Positions 13,470 to 25,400 of a stretch of 56,025 bases of DNA are shown here, piece by piece. Positions within the stretch are counted from its first letter, which is position 1, and every line of letters starts with the position of its first letter. The position numbers were made by a program, and so were the translations under genes. Origin of the DNA: Girardia tigrina (Eukaryota); the NCBI GenBank assembly GCA_001938485.1, contig MQRK01242779.1, positions 1 through 56,025 on the forward strand. Direction: 5' to 3'. The notes under the pieces are model-generated. The model made no database searches and was not told the origin of the DNA. It was given only the letters and a program-made list of their open reading frames with translations.

Positions 13470-16400
13470 TCAAAATGACCCCCTACATCAAATTAACCAC
13501 TTAGAAAAAAAGAAAACATCAACAAAATTTTCTGAAAAAAACATTAATTTCGAAAAAAGAAATTTTAAGCTGTTAAACATCTGATTTATGAAAATAAAAG
13601 TATAGGACCGTCTATTTATCCATCCGTGTGTTTCGAAGACATGAAAAATTAATTCCAAATGAAAGACTGTGTTTTAAGAATGAAAATATTTCAGAGACCG
13701 AATAAGTATTATAGTTTAATATTTAAACTTTGGCAGATTGGTGTAAAAGTAAACATTGACTCATACCAATATACTTTTTTAGAAAAGCTCAACAATCGAA
13801 TCTGGAATAATATAAAGTTGAAAGAGGGAGTTTTAATGTGTGTGAGTTTAGGAATACTACAGATAGATCCCGAATTTTATCACTATCTCTTCATTGCATT
13901 TGAAATTCAATTTACGAGCCTTTTCTATTTAAGATTCAGTTATTTGGATACTGTTGGTCATTTTGTAAAAGAAGTATCTAATGACGCACAATTCAAACTC
14001 TCCAACCAGAAAGAGTACTCGCGTGAATTTTTATCCCTCCCAATTTTCAAATCACATCAAGACCAATAATAGCTTTGTAACGAGGCAACATTTTTATTTA
14101 CAATCGTACCTTTCGTGAAACATACATTTTATCAATCACTAAATTATCAATTAAAGTGTTAATTTCACGGCAATTCATAATTAGAAATCTATTAATTAGA
14201 TTTCATCCATGAGTGCTTCCTGCCTCTACTTCAAAGCACTGCACTTTCCTTTCCCAAATAAGAATTCTTTAACCATGAAAACCTGTAAATCTTAATGCAA
14301 TTTTAAACTTATTAGCAAAGTTGTATTGTTACACATATCTAAAACAGGTTACTTTAAACGTCTTTATTGCCTTTGGAGAACATAAACGTTTGGAGAATTA
14401 GACGTTTTAACATAAAAGATATGAAACTTGCAAAGCTCTTTATAGGGTTTAACATTGTCACTGTTGAGACTGTGGAGGACAGGTTCCCCCTTAAAATTTT
14501 GGAAATAATTAATTTTTATAAAGAATTTCTAAAATAAGGAAATATTTAAAATTAAAAGTTTTTCTAAACAATTATAATTAAAAAATATCTTTAATTAATT
14601 TGAAAAGTTATTTTCGGAAATATTTGTATTTTAATTGTAACATAAAACTTAAAATGAAATTAATTGTGAAATAATTGATTTTTAAAATAATGGATTTAAA
14701 AGAAATATATAGACCCAAGGATAATTATTTTTGTATTAATTTTAAAAGTTATTCTGAAAAATAAATTAATGAAATTTTTGTTGCCAGAGATGTTTTTTAA
14801 AAACAGATAAGTTTAAATCTTAAAGTCACTTTTGAATTCTGCTAATTAAAGATTTGACGAATAATTAATTCTACACATTTTTCATAAAACATAAAAATTA
14901 AAACTTTTATCATTAATGTATCGTAATAATATAATAATAAATTTGAATATTGTAAATTATTTTTTGTATTTAAATTGTAAAGATACTAAAGAATTTTTAA
15001 TTAAAATTGATCTAAAAAATTTAAATAAGTTTAAAATGATAAATATTAGGTTGGTCGAAAAATAATGGCGGTTTTTGAGCTTTATACTTTGTTTATCTAC
15101 TTTGATATGTATATAAGTTTAAATGCATTAGTGTTAGATATTATTTGAAATCTTGTGCCTAGCTGTATATTCCTATAGCTATTATTAACATATTGCTGTT
15201 ATTTTTTAGAATATTTACGGTGCTAAATTAATAATGGAAAAAATTAAAATTCGAGCAATTTTCTTATACGAATTTAAACTGGGTCGTAAAGTAGCAGAAA
15301 CGACTCGCAATATCAATAAAGCGTTTGACAAGGGAACAGCTTTTGAGTGCACAGTGCAACGATGGTTCCGAAAATTTTCTTATGGAGATGAAAACCTTGA
15401 AGATGAAGAAGGTCGTGGTCGTCCAGTTGCTGTGAACAAAGACAATTTGAGGACAATGGTGGAAACAGATCCCCGTACAACAATCAGAGAACTTGCAGAT
15501 GGGTTGGGCATTAGTCATTCAACAGTCCTGGATCATTTAGAACAACTTGGAAAAATCAAGAAAGTTGATAAATTAGTTCCACATGATTTGAATGAAAATC
15601 AAGAGAACCGACGTTATGAAATTTGTTCTACCAATCATCTTCTCAATAAAAAACAATCCATTTCTTGATCGTATTGTTACCTGTGATGACAAATAGATCC
15701 TATATGATAACCGACGTCGATCTGCACAGTGGTTGGACAAAAATGAAGTACCGAAACACTTTCCAAAACCGAAACTAACACCCCGTAAGGTTATGGTGAC
15801 AGTTTGGTGGTGTGATGCTGGNNNNNNNNNNNNNNNNNNNNNNNNNNNNNNNNNNNNNNNNNNNNNNNNNNTTTCTTGAATCCAGGTGAAACAATCACAG
15901 CGGAGAGGTACTGTCATGAAATTGATGAAATGCATAAAAAATTGAAAACCCTTTGTCCGGGATTGGTCAATCAAAAAAGTCCCATCCTTCATCATGATAA
16001 CGCTAGACCTCATATTTCAAAAGTGACTCTTCAAAAGCTTAATGAGTTGGGCTATGAAACCCTGCTTCGTCCACCATATTCACCAGACTTCTCGCCAACG
16101 GACTTCTACTTTTTCAGGCATTTGTACAACTTCCTACGTGAAAAAATTTTCAAAAACCAAAATGATGCTCAAATTGCCTTCCAAGAATTCGTCGCTTCGA
16201 GAACCGATGCATTTTATCCTGATGGAATAAAACAACTTGTTTCTCGTAGGCAAAAATGTATTGATGCCAACGGTTCATACTTTGATTAATAAACTTTTGT
16301 TTCCGTGAATTTGCACGTCTTTGAAGTTTGTGTCGCAAAACCGCCATTATTTTTCAACCAACCTAATATCTTTTGTTAAGTTAATTAAAACATGTAAAAA

Positions 16401-19400
16401 AATGAACGAATAAATGGTTAAAATAATTTAGGGTAATAAAGTGTTTTTGAATTGAAATATTGATAATAAATAAAACGTTAAAATATTTTATTAATTAAAA
16501 CGTTTTCATAAATAAAATAAAAAACATTAAACTAATTCTAAAGTAATAAAAAATCTTTTTGTTAAGTTAGTTAAAATATGACTAAAATAAATTATGTTGA
16601 TTTTGTATTTTGTTTTAAATTAAATTTTATAAAATAGTGGAATGTTAATTTTCAAATGAAGAGAATAAAAAAATAAAAATTCAATTTTAAAATAGCTGAT
16701 CAGTATTTATAATTCCATATTTTTATATATTAGAATCTGGTCACAAAAACGAAAGAAAAGTTCCTTGGTTAAAAATTGTTTAAATAATTGTTATTTGTTT
16801 TATAAATAAAAATTTGGTGTTAATGAATTGTAATCTTGTTCAAGAACCCAACAGAGACAATCACATTTTCTTTAGATGTTAGTTCGGGATGCGACCATCG
16901 AAATCTCATCCACAGCATTCCTTTCTAGTTTCAACAAATCTCTGGCAATTTTCAACATCTTTTAAGGCAAGCCTATCTCACTTTTTTTACTTTAGTTTTT
17001 TATAATATTCTGCAGGTCAATGCTTAGTTGCCGACTCTCTTTACCGTACAGTTTATGTCAGTACAATATGCATCCACAATTTCATCATTTGTTGGCTTTC
17101 GCTCCATTAATCATTCGTATGCACCATATTCCGAAAGCTTTTACTAAAATACTAATTACAAGATATTAATACTACTACTATTTGTATTCTCATAAATTGT
17201 AAAAGCTACTCCTACCAAAAAGAAGAGCTACATTTCACACATTTTTTACATCTAAAATCTCATAGGTATGACAAAATTTCGACGATGATTCAACACTCTT
17301 CAATCAAAATCGGTCTTCCGTTAAATTAAGGGATAAGTACCATGTGTATTTTGATATCCATGTTGCCAGAATAGTTTGTAAATAACGTAAAAGGTTTTAT
17401 GAATAAATAAATATTTCCAACTAAAATCATTCACTTGCTCCAACTATGTAGCACATTCAAACAAAAAAAATACAATTATAAAAAAGTTAGAATAATGAAG
17501 AAAGATAAAAGTAAAAGATGTTGTAGGATTCTTCTCATACAATAAATCGACTTATGCACTCAAATTTTAGTTTTTCGAAAACACATATCAGCTGTTTCTG
17601 CAGATAAATTTTAATGTTATTTTCGATAACTAATAATGATCTTCTCTACGATCACATTCATTATCTGAGATTAAAATTTACAAAATTTTTATTTTAAAAA
17701 TTTCTTAGCTTTTCGTAGTTTTCTTTCCCTACTTTTCTTTTCGGATTTGATCTCCAACATAAACTTACCAAACCGCGCAGACTTTTTCGATTTGACTTTA
17801 ATGTTAATTTAAATAAAAATATAAAGAAAAAGGACTTTTCTTATTTGATACGAGAGCAGGCGCAGTGGATATGCGGCCGCGGCACGATGGCGATGGGGGG
17901 CGAAAATCGGGTCGGGGGGGGAGGAAAAATAAATTTTCACCTCGTATTTATCAAAGATCTCGCTGATATAATTATCGAATTCCGATTTGAATTTCGACAT
18001 AATCAATCCAGTCGAAACCGATTTCGACCTCCTATGCAATCTCAATTTCATCGCACAATCGAAGGTTGTTGTCGAAAAACTAATTGATGATGGAGCCAGT
18101 TTGAGAGATTGAAATCGAAATTTCCACAGTAAGTGTAAATTTCACGTCGATCGCATAATCGAATTTGTAAATTGTATAAAACTTCCTGTTCGTTCAAATA
18201 ACTCAACGACGTTAAATCTTTCTGTCCGATAAGAATATCCAGATTTCTCAACAAAGGAAGACCGATTTCCTGTTTATTATTCAGTTTCAATTCGACTATA
18301 TTTCCATTATCGATCAGAATTTCCAGAGAACTTTTATCCTTCGAGAATCGCAAAACCGTATTTCCAATCCTCACGTTTTCCGTATCAGAAATACATATTT
18401 TAACACCTTTAGAATAGAGTTCACATAACATTGAAATATTTTGTAGTTGAAATTCACGAAATTGAAAATGCAGTCAAATTTAATGTCAAATAAAAATTTT
18501 CGTAAATTTTAGATTTATATTTCACTCCAAAAATAACCCAGGAAATCTGTAACTATCATCGACAAAGATTTATTTTTTTCGAATTTCAATCAATCATTCA
18601 AAAACAAAATTTTCGCGCGAATTCTAAGATTTATTTAACTAAACAAACCTCACAAAATCCAATTTCAATTTTCATAAAAAAATAATTTCTTTAATCATAC
18701 AAAACAATCTCCTTTATCAAAACAATTATAAAAATCCCCTACAAAACTTCAAAATTAAATATATAATAATAATGAAACAAAACACAGCAATGTCGTACAA
18801 TTTATCGGAACCAAATTTCATTTCTGTATTGATAACCATTGAGATTGAATAACTTCGCGATACGATTTAAAAAGAATTTTCTTTCGTTTAATTCATTATT
18901 TAAATTAAAATTTATCGCGAAACATTATTATTATTATTTTAAAATTACAGTGAAAGCCGCTTATAGTGGTTGCCTTGATGTATGCACTGTATTTGCAGCA
19001 ACCTTTAATGCATACTCTGGCGCTGACTTTGACTTATAAACAGAACTTTGGATATAATGGTCAGCCTGTTATAGTGGCCGAATCTGACTGGACGAATGTG
19101 GCCACTATACGCGACTTTAACTGTAGTTATTAATTGCAAAAAAATCCAAAGAAAATTATTCGTAAAAAAGTTGTTGTTTAATTTCCTGGTAAAATTGTAT
19201 CTTGTTGATTGGAGAAAAGTCATACGAAGTATTTTCTTGGAAGGAGTTTGAAAGATGAGGAGTCGCTTTTCATTACAAAATGGATCATTTATGAAAGTTG
19301 AAAGATCGGAAGACAGTGAAAACACGATCAGAACATATTTTCGTCTCATAAAAAAATCTCTCAGGCGGTTGTCAGAGAGCTGGAGGTGTTACTCACTGAA

Positions 19401-22400
19401 CGTAAATGGAGCATTTCTGGTGTCCTTCCATCCCAGGGGAAGTCTTAGAGGAGCAAGGAAAGTGGGTAAAATTCGATATAATAAGTCAGGAAAACGGAGA
19501 ATTTACATCAAAGACAGAGCGTGACAACCACGGAATGTCTGTCGCTCTTCGACCAACTATTAATCTACCCAAGAAAATGCGTTTCGGATCCTTTATTTAG
19601 TTTTGGTGATAGATATATTTTAAAAAAATAAAAATAACAGTCTAACCTAATAAAAAGACACATTCAAAGAAATGTAAAACATAAATATAAATACGAAACA
19701 TTAATATAAAACATTAATATAAATATAACTTTTAAAAAATGAAATATTTTTGAAGGAAATATTTACAATATGTATTATTTATAGTTCAGAAGAAGTTTTA
19801 TTTATTTTCATATTTTGGACACATTTAGAAAGACATAACAAAAGAAACTTACAAAAAGTAATATAATAAAAATACAGAAATACGTAGTTTAATTACACAA
19901 TTTTAGACATTAATAAATTGCTATTTTTAATTTTCGTTGTTATGTTAAATAATTTTAAATCTTTGTAATTATAAAATAATTGCAGCTAGGTGAATATTGT
20001 GAGTGTAGGAAACAATAAAAGTATCGCTGTAAAATAATATCTTTTTTGTGGTATAAATGTGTATGTAGGACCCCTTATTTTTTAATTTTCCCCGCGGAAT
20101 TCGACATCTAAATGTCACATTTGTGGTCCAATTTTATGTTCTTCATTTTGTCGTTGCCTTTCAGCTAGGGGTAAAAAATAAATTTGATCGAAAAAAGTTA
20201 ATTACCGTAATTTCCGCACTATAAGGCTTATTATAAGCCGCACATTGCCTGCTTTTCCCAAAAAAAACATTAACGTATAAGCCAAATGTACAATACGCCG
20301 TATTATAAGCCGTACCCTAAATGTAAGGATTTTAAACCCATTTTAAATAAATCAATTCAAAGGAAATAAACTAATAACACTAAATAATATATTCACAAAA
20401 ATATTTTATTAGTTTTTTAAGAAATCATTTAAATTTTCATGATACTCAGAATTGCTATCATTTACTGCATTTGAATCTACAGCTTGATTTTTGTCTCAAT
20501 TACACCTTGTACGCCAGAACTATTAATAATGTCTGTCTTAATGAAACCGTTAATAATTGTTGATGTTGGAATAGTGTTCCAACTTTCAAGAATCCATTTA
20601 GTTATAGTAACAAAGTCAACTCTTCGCTGTCCACCTGTTTTAGTAAAAGTATGATCTCCGGACATCATCCACTCTTCCCAAGTGTTTCTTAATTTGACTT
20701 TAAATGATTTATTGACTGAGATATCTAGAGGTTGAACAATCTTAGTAAATCCACCAGGGATAACCGATAAGACACTATTGGCACGTCTCAGTAATGACTT
20801 TACAGCTTCGGTAAGATGTGCACGCATTGAATCACAGATAAGCATTGAGGATGATGTGTGGAAGAACACACCTGGTCTCTTAATAAAAACTTCACCAACC
20901 CAGGCTTGCATTAATTTTTCGTCCATCCATCCTTTTTCATGTGCCGTTACTACAACTCCATCAGGAAATATACCTTTAGGCAACGTTTTCCTTTTAAAAA
21001 TTACCATTGGTGGTAACTTTAATCCACTCGAAGAACAAGCTAAAACAACAGTACAGGATGTTTTTTCGTTTCCCGTTGTCATAATTGGAACTGATTTAGC
21101 ACCAACCTGTTCAATGGTGTGATTAGCTGGCATATCAAAAGGGATAGATACTTCATCCATATTGAAAATGCTATCATAATGTATATTCTTCTCTGCAATT
21201 TTTGTTTGACAAAACTCACGGAATATGCTGACCTTTTCTTCAAAATCTGCAGGAAGGCGTTGGGCTAATGTCGTTTTGCACCGAATCGAAAGATTATTTT
21301 GTTTCATGAATCTGGTGCACCAAGATTGTCCTCCTGAGAAATTCATAATTCCCAATTCTTTAGCTAGTGTCTTGGCTTTGACCCATATAGAGACCGTTAA
21401 AATGCATCTACCAACTGATCTCATTTCATAGACCAAATTCTTAAGATCATCTTCAAGATGTGCCCATTTTGGAGTGTTTCCACGAAAGCTCTTACGAGAT
21501 TTTTTAACTTGTCTCAACTCATTTTCTTGCTTTCTCCATCTTCTGATCATTGACTCATTGACATTGAGTTCTAATGCAGTTTTACGATTTCCATTTGATT
21601 GAGCTAATTTAATTGCTTTTAATTTCCACTCTGAGGTATATGAAGATCGGTTCATGGCTAAAATTGAAATAATTTATTATAACGTAAACTAACCGTAAAA
21701 TAAAAATATATCGTAAAAAATTTTGAATTATGACTTGTTTAAAGAATATTTAAACAAATATTTAAATTAATTTAAAATATTTTTTGAGCACTTAAAACAT
21801 TAACGTATAAGCCGCAACTCTTAAATTATGACTCATTTCAGGTTTTTAAGTGCGGCTTATAGTCTGGAATTTACGGTAATTAATAATTCACAGTAATAAT
21901 TAAATTCTGCTTAAATATACATTAGTATATGTTGACTTTTCTGTAATGTTATTGATATTAAAAATGTTCAAGTGATTGTTGATATTTTATGGTTTTTGGT
22001 CTTTTTACAAGCTTTTATTACGTTTCATTTGTTTGTTTGTTTGTTTGTCTGTATGGATCAAATCTTGCGATCGAAATTTCACCCACTTCCCGTTGTGCTG
22101 GTGACTTGAAATTTTCNNNNNNNNNNNNNNNNNNNNNNNNNNNNNNNNNNNNNNNNNNNNNNNNNNNNNNNNNNNNNNNNNNNNNNNNNNNNNNNNNNNN
22201 NNNNNNNNNNNNNNNNNNNNNNNNNNNNNNNNNNNNNNNNNNNNNNNNNNNNNNNNNNNNNNNNNNNNNNNNNNNNNNNNNNNNNNNNNNNNNNNNNNNN
22301 NNNNNNNNNNNNTTATTACAAGCTTTTATTACGTTTCATTTGTTTGTCTGTCTGGATGCATCAAATCTTGCGATCGAAAATTCATCCACTTCCCATTCAC

Positions 22401-25400
22401 CTAGCGACATGAAACTTTCAGGATGGATGTAATCTAGGTGACAATACACTTTTTCACTGTCACTGCTCATCTACCGCCTTTAGTTTGACCGCAAAAAAGT
22501 AATTAAAGTGTCGTTCTCATGTTTTCCTCAGTAGTAGGCTTTGAAATTTGCTACATCTAAATGCAAATAGAAAGTGGGTTTTCGCCTAGTAGGCTTTGAT
22601 AATTCAGTCAAAAAATGTGGGAAGTGGGTGAAATAGATACAGAACCGCAAATATATGACAAATTATAAAAGCTTGTACACCAAAAATTTTTTTGGTATGA
22701 TATTATTTCTATTCTTTTTATTAGCTTACTTTCTATATAGGTATATATTTATAAATGAAATATGTATTAATGGAATTTAGGAACCTGTTTTTAAAGGCCT
22801 TTTACTTAATCAATTTTCTTCAAAGTTTGCACACTTACTCATTCTTGATGACAATGAATGATAATGTGACAATTTGATCGAAAAAAAAAATTTTAAGATT
22901 CCAAAATGGGAAAAAACGGAAAATTCGGAGTTACCGAACTTTATTAATTGCAAGAAATCTACTTATAAATTATAAGTAGTTTATGCTAATTTTGAATGTG
23001 TTTTTTTAATTAAAATTTTTTAAATTTTAAAAACTTTGTTGGCAAAGTAGAGTTCTGTCTGCATAAAGAATGAATATAAAAAATTAAATTTTTTGATTTA
23101 CTAGTTTGAAAACATAATCGATTGCAATAGGCCGCTATATAATTTTGTCCAATCAAACAGAGCTAATAATGGGTGCCTGCGCTCATCAACGTAAATAAAA
23201 TAAAAATAAACGGGGGACTGGCCACCAAATCGAGCTGTGAAAACCAGTACCTTTGGGCAGAGTGAGTAGACACCGGATGATGAAGCCTTCAGAACGGTCC
23301 ACGGACACGAATGAACCGATTAGATTTGGTGGCCAGTGGTCGGCGTGCACCCGACGACCGAGATACAGGCTCGCCTCTAGTGTGTCCTTGTTCCAAGTCA
23401 CGGNNCCGCCATGAGTTCCATCGTGGACGACGGTCGTCTCAAACAGAAGTTCAGTTCGTCGATCGCAGTCCCGGATACAGGAAATCCCAACGAGTGGAAC
23501 ACCGGTGGATCCGATCCGTTAAGCACCGCAAGCTGAGGAGCGAAGTTCAGAGTTCGATGCCATGTTTGAATCTCCTTTCGTTTCTACATTTTTAATAAAA
23601 GACGTATTTTTTTTATTTCAAACATTCGCAATTGTAATTATTTAAACAACAATGCTTTTAATTTTTGCGTTTATTTTCAATCGATTTTTTTTCAGTTTTT
23701 TTTCAAGTTTTTGTTTTCGGATTTTTCACTTGGTTTATCGCTGAAGCATCACAGTAAATATACCACTGCAGTCATATTGTGTAAAAGTATTTAATGTCTA
23801 AATTTTAGACTTATGATTCATAAACATTGATACCTTTTTCTTGCTTTTTTAACACATTCAGTTTTTTCCATTTAAAAATTATTTGCAATTTTGTCCATGC
23901 TATTGTATATATCATAATGCTTTGATTATAAATATTCAACTTGGACATAACTACTGATATATATTTATTGACTAGATACCAGGGCTTTCAAAACATATAT
24001 TAGAACCAAAAGTGGAAGATTAATAGAGAAAATTATCTATCTCAGCGAAGAAGATTATTTGGCTTTCAAAGATGCTATTGAAAGAGGTGAAGATCCAACC
24101 AAGCTATTTGAAAAGTATTTATCCAAGAATGAATTGGAAAACTTAGAGTCGTATGATAAAGATGAGCAAATTGGCATTAAAACTTATATTAGAACTAAGA
24201 GTGGTAGACTAGAAGAAAAAATTATCTACATATCTAAAAAAGATTTTGATGCAATACAACGAGGTGAATTAGATGGTGATGCTCTTTTACGGAAGAAACT
24301 TGGATTAAAAAATGGAGAAAAACTAGAAGGTTGGAAAGAATCCCAGTTAAGAACTATAACAACAAAAATACGAACTAAAAGTGGAAGAATCATTGAAAAG
24401 AAAATTGTTATATCTGAAGAAGATTATAAACTTTTACAAGCTGGTGGAAATCTAGATGACATTTTACAGAAATACATGAAAAATGAACCAGGCTCAAAAG
24501 TAGTTGGGTGGGAAAAACCTCAAAAACCAGGAATGAAGGTTGTTAAAACTTTTATTCGAACTAAAAGTGGGCGTTTAATTGAAAAAACAATATTAATGAC
24601 AGAAGAAGAATATAAAAATTTTCAAAATTCGAAAGGTGATCCGAATTTTTTGAAAAAGTATCTAAACTTGGAAGAAGGTGAAACAATAGAAAAATGGGAG
24701 AAAGGCTCAACTGTTTATGAGGGCTCTGATGATGAAGAATTAGCTAAAGGTAAATTAATACCACTTAAAATTTAATTAAATTTCATTTTAAAGCAAAACC
24801 AGGTAAAAAATATGTAGATAAGGATGGTAATGAATATGAAGTTGTTGTTGATCCGTTAACTGGAAAGAAATATAAAAAGTTGGTTTGATATTTTTTATAA
24901 TATAATATAATTTTATGTTAAATAGTATTTTAGTTTTCTAATGTACATTTTATTTAAATTAACTTTTAAATGCCAAATCTGTTCAGTTATTTCGTTTTAT
25001 GTTATCTAAAATTAAACTTATATGCACATGTGATTAATGAAAATATCTAAGTTTACGTGGTACGTTCAATAAGTAAACGACATAAGGCAAGAAAATGTAA
25101 TAGTAAATTTTAGTTTTTGTGTGATTAAATAAATGAATATAGATTTTAATTTCACTAATTGTTTTATTTTATCAAACACATTAAAAGTTTTATATGTGAA
25201 ATTTCAAATTTTCGTCAGTGCATTGATTTCAGATGTCGAATATTTCAGAGTTATCAAGTTTTTTGTGTTGCAGAAGAAGACCTGCTGTGAAATCTACGAT
25301 CTTTTGCCGTAAGTGATATGTGATCCCATCTCTGAAAACTGCTAAATACTTGGTCAGAGAGTTTAAAGGTGGTCGTACCTCCGTTTTAATCAAGAAACAT

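Noticed and set aside
13659-14330. 136-aa ORF and a nearby minus-strand GKGKCSALK motif (Academ/XPG-like?)
   Set aside because: No recognisable domain in the ORF; the motif is too short and broken to support a call.
20778-21431. Plus-strand ORFs of 114 and 68 aa
   Set aside because: Antisense shadows of the pogo transposase.
21989-22432. ORFs spanning N-runs (also 27358-27700 and 15573-16013)
   Set aside because: Artefacts of assembly gaps.
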